Assembly (NCBI GenBank): GCA_031370785.1
Contig: JANMQY010000079.1
Coordinates: forward strand, 40,675-104,674
Direction: 5' to 3'
Source of the DNA: Candidatus Eiseniibacteriota bacterium
GTDB taxonomy: Bacteria; Eisenbacteria; RBG-16-71-46
DNA: 64,000 nucleotides
Shown here one piece after another: positions 39,269 through 48,198 of the stretch (within the stretch, counting starts at the first letter, position 1; the number at the start of each line of letters is the position of its first letter). A program made the position numbers and the translations under genes. The notes beneath the pieces are model-generated. The model saw nothing but the letters and a program-made list of their open reading frames with translations. It was not told the DNA's origin and ran no database searches.

Positions 39269-40846
39269 ATGACGGTCTCGAGATTCAGTCGCAGGGTACT
39301 CATCATCATCGGGCTCGGCGTGGCGCTCCCCGCGCTGCTGCTGGCCTTCATCGGTATCTCGCTGACCCTGCGCATCGGCCGCGCGGTCGAAGACTCCACG
39401 ATCCGCTACAACTCGTACATGGCGCAGCAGGTGGCCGAGGCGTTCGAGCTCGAGCTGCTCGCGCACCTGCGCCTTTCGATTGCGCTGGCCGAGAACGCCT
39501 CCCAGCGTGGCGAAGACGCGGCCGGCGTCCGCCGCGCGCTCGAGGCGGGCTCCAACGAGTTCGGACCAGCGCACGTGGTCTCGATCAACGAACTCTCGCA
39601 ATTCGCGCTGCGCGTGATGGAATCCGAGCCGGTCGTGTACGGCGAGCGCGCCGACGGCCGCTGGTTCGCCGGGATCATGCTGCACAACGCGAGCGGTGAG
39701 CTCACCGGCGCGGGCGGCTGGTGGTTCGATCCGGGCGTGTTCCTGCGCCAGCATCTCGAATCGGTGGTGCAGGACCGGCTGCCCTCGAACCCGCGCATGT
39801 ACGGCGGCTTCGAGTCCACGCGCCGCCTCAGCATCGAGCTGCTCGACTCGACCGGCACGCGGATCGCCGCGGTGCGCGAGCCCTACAATCGCAGCGAGGG
39901 ACGCAGCTCGCGGCTGGAGGCTCCGTTCGAGGGCTACCAGGTGCGGGTCGGGGTCACCTCGAGCGCACCGGCGGTATGGACCCAGCGCTTCGTGCTGCTC
40001 GAGGTGGCCTTCATCGGGCTCATGGGCCTGGTGATCCTGCTGGCCACGATCTTCGGACTGCGCTACACGGTACGTCAGCTCGAGCTGGCCCAGCTCAAGT
40101 CCGGGTTCGTCTCCAATGTGACCCACGAGCTCAAGACTCCGATCGCGCTCATCCGGCTGGCGGTCGAAACCCTCGAAATGGGCCGATTCCGCTCTCCGGA
40201 AGAGGGCCAGAAGTTCCTGCAGACCATTGCCCGCGAGGCCGACCGGCTCTCCCAGCTGGTCGATAACATCCTCGATTTCGCCCGTTTGGAGTCGGGTCGG
40301 GCCACTTTCCGCCTGGAGGTGCTCGATCCGGGGGAAGTCATCCGCGAGACCCTCGAAACTTTCCGGCCGCGTCTGGACGCCGAGGGGTTTAAAGTCGAGG
40401 TGGAGATTCCCGAACAGCTTCCGGCGATTCGGGCTGACGGACGGGCCCTCAGTCACGCGCTCCTCAACCTGCTCGACAACGCGGTCAAATATTCGCGCCA
40501 GAGGCGCGAAATACGAATCTCGGCCGGGGCGCGCGATGGAGAGGTGCGCATCTCGGTCGCAGACCGGGGCATCGGCATCGCCCCCGGAGATCAGGAGAAG
40601 GTGTTCGACAAGTTCGTTCGGCTCGAGACCGGACTGGTGCACGACACAAAGGGCGCCGGACTCGGGCTGTCGCTGGTCAATCAGATCGTCCGCGCACATG
40701 GCGGGCGTGTCGAGCTGGTGAGCACGCCCGGAGAGGGCAGCACGTTCACACTGGTGTTGCCGATCGCGGAGGAAGAATGGACCGCGAGCTCGGGCCCGGC
40801 AGCGCCGGAGGCTCAGCACTCGCCGCGGGCCCGTACCGGATCGTGA
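39269..40846 (+). CDS. Membrane sensor histidine kinase
   Basis: Two TMs around a periplasmic domain; VTHELKTP, NLLDNAVKYS, DRGIGI, GAGLGL. Confidence 0.93.
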   Translation: MTVSRFSRRVLIIIGLGVALPALLLAFIGISLTLRIGRAVEDSTIRYNSYMAQQVAEAFELELLAHLRLSIALAENASQRGEDAAGVRRALEAGSNEFGPAHVVSINELSQFALRVMESEPVVYGERADGRWFAGIMLHNASGELTGAGGWWFDPGVFLRQHLESVVQDRLPSNPRMYGGFESTRRLSIELLDSTGTRIAAVREPYNRSEGRSSRLEAPFEGYQVRVGVTSSAPAVWTQRFVLLEVAFIGLMGLVILLATIFGLRYTVRQLELAQLKSGFVSNVTHELKTPIALIRLAVETLEMGRFRSPEEGQKFLQTIAREADRLSQLVDNILDFARLESGRATFRLEVLDPGEVIRETLETFRPRLDAEGFKVEVEIPEQLPAIRADGRALSHALLNLLDNAVKYSRQRREIRISAGARDGEVRISVADRGIGIAPGDQEKVFDKFVRLETGLVHDTKGAGLGLSLVNQIVRAHGGRVELVSTPGEGSTFTLVLPIAEEEWTASSGPAAPEAQHSPRARTGS

Positions 40847-40865
40847 ACCATCGGAGAGGAACGTC

Positions 40866-41567
40866 ATGACTGAGCCGCATCGGGTGCTGATCGTTGAAGA
40901 CGAGGAGGGGCTGCTCGACGGACTGGCCCACAACTTCCGCTTCGAGGGCTACGAGGTGCTCACGGCGCGCAACGGCGCCGAGGGACTGAAGCTCGCGCTC
41001 AAGCAGAAGCCGGACGTGGTCGTGCTCGACATCATGCTGCCCGAGAAGGACGGCTTCACCGTGCTGAAGGAGCTGCGTCAGCGCCATCGCGACATCCCGG
41101 TGCTGGTGATGACCGCGCGCAACTTCGAGGCCGACGTGCTCAAAGGCTTCGACCTCGGCGCAGACGACTACGTGACCAAGCCGTTCGGCATCAAGGAGCT
41201 GATGGCGCGGGTCAAGCGCCTGATCCAGCGTGGCCCTTCAGGAGCGCCTGGGCCGGCGACCACGACATACAAGTTCGGAGACGTCGAAGTGCGCTTCGAG
41301 CCGCGCGAGGTGCTGAAGGTCGGCAAGCCGGTCGCGCTCTCGTACAAGGAGTTCGAGCTGCTCAAGTACCTGATCGAGCACCGCGGGCGCACCGTCTCCC
41401 GCGAGGAGCTGCTCGAGGAGATCTGGGACGTGGACGAGGAGCTGGGCATCACCACGCGTACCGTGGACACCCACGTCTCGAACCTGCGCAGCAAGCTCGG
41501 CGCCGGATTCGCGCAGCCGTTCATCGTCGCGGTTCACAAGGTCGGGTACAAGTTCGTCGAGCCGTGA
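40866..41567 (+). CDS. OmpR/PhoB-family response regulator
   Basis: VEDE, LDIMLP, GADDYVTKPF, winged helix TRTVDTHVSNLRSKL, VGYKF. Confidence 0.95.
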   Translation: MTEPHRVLIVEDEEGLLDGLAHNFRFEGYEVLTARNGAEGLKLALKQKPDVVVLDIMLPEKDGFTVLKELRQRHRDIPVLVMTARNFEADVLKGFDLGADDYVTKPFGIKELMARVKRLIQRGPSGAPGPATTTYKFGDVEVRFEPREVLKVGKPVALSYKEFELLKYLIEHRGRTVSREELLEEIWDVDEELGITTRTVDTHVSNLRSKLGAGFAQPFIVAVHKVGYKFVEP

Positions 41568-41837
41568 GCTAGAGGCGGGACGCCGAGTCGCGGCGAGGCG
41601 GATCGAAGATTTTTCTTGACGCCCTTCTTGACTCCGACTTCGCGCGACCCGAGGCCCGTGTGCGAACCGCGCGCCTGCGCGCACGCCGTGGGCGCTGGCG
41701 AGATCAGACGGCCGAGTCACGAAATTTCTCGTCGCAGCTGGCGCATCGCGCGCAGCGCGCATGCACGGAAGCCGCAAAGCCTCGTGATATGAAGTGACGG
41801 TTGCCCCCGCGATGTGTCTTCTTCGCGGAGTCCCGTC

Positions 41838-43168
41838 ATGAAGTCCTACTCGTTGTCGCATCTCGATGATCGCGCCCTGCTGCGCGACCTGGCCACGCTC
41901 GTCTCGCAGGATCGCGCCACGACTGCCGCGCTCCTGGCTCACCTCGGCGAGGTGGACGAGCGCCGGCTCTACGTGCCGGCGGCGTACCCCTCGATGTACC
42001 TCTACTGCGTGAAAGAGCTGCGCATGTCTGAGGATGTGGCGTACAAGCGCATCCGTGCTGCGCGAACGGCGCGGCAGCACCCGGCAATCTTCCCCGCGCT
42101 CGCGGACGGTCGCCTGAACCTGACGGCGGTGCTGCTCCTGACGCCCTGCCTGACTCCGGAGACGCCGAAGGAGACGGCGGACCAGCTGCTGGCTGCGGCC
42201 GCGCACAAGTCCAACGCCGAGATCGAGCTGCTGCTCGCCGAGCGCTTCCCGCAACCGGATGTACCGACTCTCGTGCAGCCCATCGGGGCGCCGATGGCCA
42301 CGGGCGAACTGGCCGGGCCCGTTGAGTCGCCCTCGCTCGAACTGGCCGTGCGGCCAGTTGGAGGCCTTGCCTTGCAACGGGTTCCAGTATCGGCTGCTTC
42401 ATCCGCCCCACCACTCGTTCCGGAACGAGTTGATCATCCGTCGCGCGCGAAGCTCGCACCTCTCTCGCCCGGCCGGTACGCGCTGCAGGTCACCGTGGAT
42501 CAGGAGACCCAGGACCAGCTCCGCTACGCACAGGCGCTGCTCGGTCATGCGGTGCCTTCGGGCGACGTCGCGACAGTGCTCAAGCGGGCGCTCGACTCGC
42601 TGGTCCAGGAGCTCGAGAAGCGCAAGTTCGCCAGGTGTGCCCGCTCGCGTCCGCGGCGCAGCTCGGCGAACAGCCGGTACGTCCCCGCCGAGATCCGGCG
42701 CAGCCAGTGCACGTTCGTCAGCGAGGACGGAAGACGATGCGAGGCGCGCAGCCGACTGGAGTTCGATCACGTGGCCCGGTCGCGCGTGGTGGGCAGACGA
42801 CGGCGGATCGGATGCGGCTGCGGTGCCGGGCGCACAACCAGTACACGGCCGAGTGCACATTCGGCGCCGGATTCATGCGCGAGAAGCGTCAGAGCAGGAC
42901 GGGGCCGGCGCGCGAGCGTGCCCAGGCGCGTGTGCAGAAGCGAGCGCAAGCGCAGAATCAGTCGCAGCCTGTAGCCACGGCGACAGAAGCGAGTCAGGCG
43001 GACGTGATTGCCTGTCTTCACGAGCTCCGGTTCAGCGCCCAGGAAGCGCGCCGAGGAGCCGCGCTCTGCGCGGACATCCCCGACGCTCCGCTCGAGCAAC
43101 GAGTGCGCGTCGCGCTGCGGAGCCTCGCTCCGAACTGCGTGCGCCGGCCCGCGCCCGTGGCTTCATGA
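41838..43168 (+). pseudogene. DUF222-like/HNH endonuclease-domain gene with RuvA-CTD-like end, frameshifted
   Basis: N-domain LLAHLGEVDERRLY...SMYLYC...RIRAAR. HNH region CTFVSEDGRRC...LEFDHV continues in another frame (PVARGG...LRCRAHNQY) after a 1-nt deletion at about 42775. The usual VWxRDGG segment is missing. Confidence 0.75.
42306..42432. repeat. Array of 22-bp palindromes in the HNH gene linker
   Basis: GAACT-GGCCGTGCGGCC-AGTTG (42339-42360), CCACT-CGTTCCGGAACG-AGTTG (42411-42432), and degenerate copies at 42306 and about 42363. Confidence 0.7.
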
Positions 43169-43229
43169 TAGCGCCGGGCTGCTAGCGGGCACCGATCAGT
43201 CGTCCCATGCAAACATGAACGGACGGCTG

Positions 43230-43475
43230 TCAGCCATCGTACCTCTCATCCGAATCGCTCTGGCTCCACTTCGGGAGTCCGCAATGAAGGCACTTCCGAG
43301 TGAAGGGATTGGAATACCACGGGCTCCAAAAAAAACATGTGATGGCATCTGGGACAGCGGAAACAAATAAGGCGAATTTCAGCGACGAGAAACGCAGCCA
43401 ACCATGTCAGGCCGAGGAGGCAGAATACCGTCTGTAATCGTTCCACGCAGGATCAAATCCAGGGCGATCACTCAT
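43230..43475 (-). pseudogene. Small lower-GC membrane/zinc-ribbon gene broken by two frameshifts
   Basis: Pieces in changing frames: MSDRPGFDPAWNDYRR / FCLLGLTWLAAFLVAEIRLICFRCPRCHHMFF / WSPWYSNPFTRKCLHCGLPKW. Second shift lies in the A8 run at 43328-43335. Confidence 0.6.
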
Positions 43476-43510
43476 GGTCCGAGCCTAAGTAGAAAGCCAT
43501 TGCACTTCAT

Positions 43511-44446
43511 CTACACATAATCCGCCGCCGCCCGCGCCAGCTTCGCGAACTCTTCGAGGGTCAGCGTCTCGCCGCGGCGATGCGGATCGATCGCGGCGTG
43601 GCGGCACAGGCGCTCGATCTTTTCCTTGCCCAGGCCGAGCGGCTCTTCGAGCGTGTTCATCAGCTGCTTGCGCCGCATCTGGAACGAGCCGCGGATGATG
43701 CGGAACAGCAGCTCTTCGCTCGGCACCTCGACCGGCGGGTGCTCGCGCAGGAAGAATCGCACCAGCATGCTGTCGACCTCGGGCCGCGGCCAGAACGCCG
43801 AGGCCTTGATCGTCATGAGCGGTTCGAGCAGCGCATGGTAGCGCGCGAACAGGGTGAGCGATCCGTATTCCGGTGTGCCGGCGGCGGCGGCGAGGCGCTG
43901 GGCGTATTCCTTCTGCACCAGCAGCACCGCGCTGCGGATCACGGCGCGCTGCTCGAAGAGGCGCTCGAGAATCGGCGTGGTCACGTAATACGGAATATTG
44001 CCGACCACCACCAGCTTCTCGACTCCCTGCGCCTTCGCGGCGGCGGCGAGGTCGAACTCGAGGAAGTCGCCTTCGACGATCTCGACCCGCGGCCACTCGG
44101 CCATCTCCTCGCGCAGGAGCGCGGTGAGGCCGATGTCCTTCTCGACCGCCACCACCTGGCGCACGCGGCGAGCGATGCGCGGGGTGAGCGCGCCGGCGCC
44201 GGGGCCGATCTCCACCACCACATCGTCCTCGCGCAGGTGGCAGTGCTCGACGATGCGCTCGCTCAGTTCTTCCCGGACCAGGAAGTTCTGCCCGAATCGC
44301 TTGCGTGGCGACAGTCCTCGCACGGCGAGCGCGTCCTTCACCCGGCGCAGCTCCCCGCCCTCGGCGGCGGCTTTCTCGCGGATGTAGGTCGAGGCGCGTG
44401 ACGCGCGGGGTTGGGCGGCGCGGTAGTCGAAGCGGGGGCGCGTCAT
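43511..44446 (-). CDS. rsmA: 16S rRNA m6,2A dimethyltransferase RsmA/KsgA
   Basis: RKRFGQNFL, VEIGPGAGALT, VGNIPYYVTT, QKEYAQRL, FWPRPEVDS, RRGETLT. Start inferred. Confidence 0.95.
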   Translation of the reverse strand: MTRPRFDYRAAQPRASRASTYIREKAAAEGGELRRVKDALAVRGLSPRKRFGQNFLVREELSERIVEHCHLREDDVVVEIGPGAGALTPRIARRVRQVVAVEKDIGLTALLREEMAEWPRVEIVEGDFLEFDLAAAAKAQGVEKLVVVGNIPYYVTTPILERLFEQRAVIRSAVLLVQKEYAQRLAAAAGTPEYGSLTLFARYHALLEPLMTIKASAFWPRPEVDSMLVRFFLREHPPVEVPSEELLFRIIRGSFQMRRKQLMNTLEEPLGLGKEKIERLCRHAAIDPHRRGETLTLEEFAKLARAAADYV

Positions 44447-44478
44447 GGAAAGAGTGTAAGGGCGCTGCTCTCGATTCG

Positions 44479-45543
44479 CTAAGCGCGCGATCCCTGATCG
44501 TGAAAGCCGCCGGCGAGCGCTTCCTCGGCGATGTCGCGCGCGTATGCGTCGCTCGACTGCTGCGTCACGCCGAGGAGCGCGGCGCGACCTTCCGCGCCGA
44601 GCGCGGCGAGCGCATACGCCGCGTGATGGCGCACCCACCACGCGCGGTCCGGCAGCGCGGCGACCAGCGGCGCGATCGCCTCGGTCGCGCCGATCCGGCC
44701 CAGCGCCCATGCCGCCTGCGCACGCACCTGCCACGCTTCATCGCCGAGGGCCTGCGCCAGCGCACTCGCGGTCTCGCGCGCTTCGAGCCGGCCCAGCGAG
44801 CGTGCGGCGGCGACCCGCACGTCGACCAGCGGATGCGTCAGCCGGTTCGCAATCGCCGGCACCGCCGCGCGCAGTCCGCCGATGCCGAGCGTCTCGATCA
44901 GCGCGTGCTCCAGCTCGGGCGCGCGGCCGGCCTCGAGCGCGGCGAGCAGGTCGGGTTTGGCGGCGCGCCCGAACGAGCGGAGCAGCGCGATCCGGGCGCG
45001 CGGAGTGCGCCGCGCGAAGACCTCGGAATGGCCGAGCACCCAGCGCAAGGCGGCGCGGTCGCGATGGCGCGCTAGCGAGAGCGCGGCCGTGAAAGCCACC
45101 GCCTCGGGCCCGCTGACCAGCGCGCGGCGGAGCGCGCGGCGCGAGGCCGGCGAGCGCAGCAACCCGAGCCGGCGTGCCGCCAGCTCGCGGCGCAGCGGCG
45201 AGTCGTCGCTGAGCGCGCGGCGTTCGGCCGCGCAGTGGCGATTGCGCTCCAGCTCGCGCGCGAGCGCCGGCCACGCCGGCCCCCGCCATTCGAGCCCCAG
45301 GGTTTCGATCGCGCTCCAGAACGCCGCGCTCGAAGCGCGCGCTGCGTCGCGGCGCATCGCGGATGCCGCGCCGCGCCCGGTGAGGAAGCGCTCGAAGCGC
45401 AGGTGCAGAGCGCGCACGATCTCGCGCTGCCGGCGGCGCTCGGCCCGGGCCGCGACGCCGGCCAGCGCCCCGAACGCGCCGATCGCGAGCAGCACGGCGG
45501 CCAGAGCGGCGAGCGCGTAGATGACGGCGGGATTCACTCGCAT
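44479..45543 (-). CDS. Membrane-anchored HEAT-repeat protein
   Basis: N-terminal TM; repeats VRVAAARSLGRL, WQVRAQAAWALGRIG, WWVRHHAAYALAALG. Confidence 0.85.
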   Translation of the reverse strand: MRVNPAVIYALAALAAVLLAIGAFGALAGVAARAERRRQREIVRALHLRFERFLTGRGAASAMRRDAARASSAAFWSAIETLGLEWRGPAWPALARELERNRHCAAERRALSDDSPLRRELAARRLGLLRSPASRRALRRALVSGPEAVAFTAALSLARHRDRAALRWVLGHSEVFARRTPRARIALLRSFGRAAKPDLLAALEAGRAPELEHALIETLGIGGLRAAVPAIANRLTHPLVDVRVAAARSLGRLEARETASALAQALGDEAWQVRAQAAWALGRIGATEAIAPLVAALPDRAWWVRHHAAYALAALGAEGRAALLGVTQQSSDAYARDIAEEALAGGFHDQGSRA

Positions 45544-45547
45544 GTCC

Positions 45548-46312
45548 TTACGCGATCGGGAGCCGGAACAGCGCTTTCGCGTTCGCGGTGGTGATGCGAT
45601 CGGCCTCGTCGGTGGTCCAGCCGCGAAGCTCGCACAGCCGCGCCACCACCCGGGGCAGCAGCCCTGGCTCGTTGCGCTTGAGCGTGCGCGGCTCGGGCTC
45701 GAGGTAGGGCGCGTCGGTCTCCAGCACCAGCATGTCGTCCGGTGCGGTGGACACCGCCTCGTCGAGCGGCGCGTGCCCGTAGGTGATGCTGCCCCCGATC
45801 CCGAGCTTGAATCCGATCGCCTTCGCGCGCTCGACTGCGGCGAATCCATCGTCGAAGCAGTGCAGGACGCCACCGGCCCTGGGGGCTGCCTTCTCCAGAA
45901 TGGAAAGCGTCTCTTCGAGCGCGTTCCGCTGATGGATCACGACCGGCAGACCCAGCTCATCGGCAAGCACCAACTGCTCGTGAAACCAGCGTTCCTGATC
46001 CTCGCGCGGGGCATGGTCGCGATGGAAGTCGAGACCGGTCTCGCCGATCGCCACGACGCGCGCATGCCGCGCCTGATCGCGCAGCGCGTCGAGGAATGCC
46101 ATCGGCACGCGCCCGGCTTCGCTCGGATGGACGCCGAGCGAGAGGAACAGGTTCGGATGCCGCCCCGCGAGCGCGAACGCGGGATCGAGCAGCGTCGGCG
46201 CGTAGGCGATCTCGACGAAGTGCCGGACGCCCGACGCGTGCGCTCGCTCGATCACCTGCTCGCGGTCCCTGTCGAATCTTCGATCGCACAGATGGCAGTG
46301 GGTGTCGATCAT
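45548..46312 (-). CDS. tatD: TatD family DNase
   Basis: MIDTHCHL, GVHP, AIGETGLDF, VIHQR, VLHCF, LETDAPYL, NEP. Confidence 0.95.
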   Translation of the reverse strand: MIDTHCHLCDRRFDRDREQVIERAHASGVRHFVEIAYAPTLLDPAFALAGRHPNLFLSLGVHPSEAGRVPMAFLDALRDQARHARVVAIGETGLDFHRDHAPREDQERWFHEQLVLADELGLPVVIHQRNALEETLSILEKAAPRAGGVLHCFDDGFAAVERAKAIGFKLGIGGSITYGHAPLDEAVSTAPDDMLVLETDAPYLEPEPRTLKRNEPGLLPRVVARLCELRGWTTDEADRITTANAKALFRLPIA

Positions 46313-46317
46313 GGTCC

Positions 46318-48039
46318 CTAGCTCGTCCGCGCGTCGGCCTCGAGCGCAATCCGCGGGAACAGGATGCCGGTCTCGCCCAGCGTTCGCGCGGTCGCGGCGC
46401 CGAAGTGCGGGCGCGCCTCTTCGCCGCGCGTGGTGCCGGGCTTGCCGGGCAAGCCGAGCATGGTCCACAGGGTTTCGCTGCGCGCCGGAATGGCGGGCCA
46501 CGCCCAGATTGCGACCAGGCGCAGCGCTTCGAGAAGCGCCGAGAGCACGGTGCCGAGCTCTTCGCGTCTGGCTTCGTCCTTGCCCGACTCCCACGGCCTG
46601 GCGCGATCGGTGAACTCGTTGGCGCGCTCGATCACGCTCCACACGTGCGCGAGCGCGTCGTTGAGACGCAGCTCATCGTAGGCGCCCGGGACCTGGGCCG
46701 CGGCCGACTCGGCCGCGGCGACCAGCGCGGCCAGGGCCTCGCGCGCCGCGACATCAGGAATGGATTGCGGCGCCCAGACGGTCGGCGCGGAGCCGCCGAA
46801 ATACTTGTGCACCAGCGTCACCGCGCGGCTCGCCAGGTTGCCGAGCTTGTTCGCGAGGTGGGTGTTGCAGTGCTCGACGAACTGTTCGAGCGTGAACTCA
46901 CCGTCGCGACCGGTCGGAATCGAATCGAGCAGGTAGAAGCGCAGTGCATCGGCACCGTAGCGGTCCACCATCTCGACCGGATCGACCGTGTTGCCAAGCG
47001 ACTTGGAGAGCTTCTCGCCGCGCGCGTATACGAAGCCGTGCACGTACACCTGGCGCGGGAGCGGTACGCCTGCCGCCAGCAGAAGCGCCGGCCACAGCAC
47101 GCAGTGGAAGCGGCTGATGTCCTTGCCGATGAGATGCAGCGCATTCGTGCAGTAGGGCGGCGTGGTGCCGGCCCAGGCCGCGCCCGGCTTTCCCTGTCCG
47201 TCGAGGTGCTGGAACTCGTCCTGCCGCGCCGCGCCCGGGCCGCCGACTTCGTTTTCGCGCGCGAGCCACCACAGCGAGGAGCGACGCTCGGGCCAGCCAA
47301 TCGCCGAGAGATAGTTGAGCAGCGCGTCCGCCCACACGTAGACGGTGTGTCCCTCGCTGTCCTCGATCTCGGGTGGAAGCTTGATGCCCCACGGCACGTT
47401 GGGGCGGGTGACGCTCACGTCCAGCAGGCCGGAGCGGATCACGTTGGTCACTTCGTTGCGGCGGTAGTCGGGCTGGATGAATTCCGGGTGTTTCTCGATG
47501 TGCTCGAGCAGCGCCTCGTCGTATTCGGAGAGCCGGAAGAAGAAGTTCGTCTCCTTGATCCTGCGTGGCGCTACCTTGTGGATCGGACACAGGCCATCGA
47601 TCAGGTCCTTCTCCTGCTTGAACTCCTCACAGCCCTCGCAGTAGATGCCTTCATAGTCCTTTTCGAACAGCACTGGCTGGCCGGTCTTCGGGCTCAGGGC
47701 ATCGTTCAGCCGGCGGAACAGCTCCTGCACGGCCAGCTCGTGACGCGAGTCGGTGGTTCGGATGAACTGGTCGTAGGAGATGTCGAGCTTCTTCCACGCC
47801 GCGACGAAGGTGGCCGAGATCTCGTCGACATAGTCCTGTGGGGTCTTGCCGGCTTCGGCCGCGGCGCGCGCGATCTTCTGCCCGTGCTCGTCGGTCCCGG
47901 TCAGGAACCAGGTAGTATCGCCCTGCTGGCGGTGGTAGCGCGCCAATGCGTCGGCCAGCACCTTCTCGTAGGCATGTCCGAGATGGGGCTTTCCGTTCAC
48001 GTAGTCGATGGCGGTGGTGACGTAGAAGCGTCGTGGCAC
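46318..48039 (-). CDS. metG: Methionine--tRNA ligase (short form, no C-terminal tRNA-binding appendix)
   Basis: FYVTTAIDYVNGKPHLGHAYE (HIGH), TGTDEHGQKI, CEGC...CPIH knuckle, YVWADAL, GKDI, KLSKS. GTG start after GGAG. Confidence 0.95.
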   Translation of the reverse strand: MPRRFYVTTAIDYVNGKPHLGHAYEKVLADALARYHRQQGDTTWFLTGTDEHGQKIARAAAEAGKTPQDYVDEISATFVAAWKKLDISYDQFIRTTDSRHELAVQELFRRLNDALSPKTGQPVLFEKDYEGIYCEGCEEFKQEKDLIDGLCPIHKVAPRRIKETNFFFRLSEYDEALLEHIEKHPEFIQPDYRRNEVTNVIRSGLLDVSVTRPNVPWGIKLPPEIEDSEGHTVYVWADALLNYLSAIGWPERRSSLWWLARENEVGGPGAARQDEFQHLDGQGKPGAAWAGTTPPYCTNALHLIGKDISRFHCVLWPALLLAAGVPLPRQVYVHGFVYARGEKLSKSLGNTVDPVEMVDRYGADALRFYLLDSIPTGRDGEFTLEQFVEHCNTHLANKLGNLASRAVTLVHKYFGGSAPTVWAPQSIPDVAAREALAALVAAAESAAAQVPGAYDELRLNDALAHVWSVIERANEFTDRARPWESGKDEARREELGTVLSALLEALRLVAIWAWPAIPARSETLWTMLGLPGKPGTTRGEEARPHFGAATARTLGETGILFPRIALEADARTS

Positions 48040-48163
48040 GGTGTCTCCGGGTAGAAAAGGGCGGCGGCGAGTATAGCCCAAACCGAGCGCGGCCCGGGCG
48101 AGGCGGCGGGGCTCGCGGCGCGACGCGCGGGCGCGCGGGCCCTCATGCGCCGGGCGCCGTCCG

Positions 48164-48191
48164 TGATACTCCCGCGGCTCGCCCGTATATT
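48164..48191 (+). promoter_or_regulatory. Possible ECF-type autoregulatory promoter
   Basis: TGATAC-N14-CGTATATT just before the ECF ATG. Resembles TGAAAC...CGTA promoters, but the spacer is short. Confidence 0.3.
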
Positions 48192-48198
48192 GAAGTGC

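Noticed and set aside
39269..41567. Calling this two-component pair phoR/phoB
   Set aside because: The kinase has a large periplasmic domain and no PAS, and lies over 30 kb from pst. Only the family can be assigned.
42306..42432. Palindromic repeats beside an HNH gene read as a mini-CRISPR or Cas9/IscB system
   Set aside because: The repeats vary internally, spacing is irregular, they lie inside the ORF, and there are no RuvC motifs. Kept instead as a REP-like finding.
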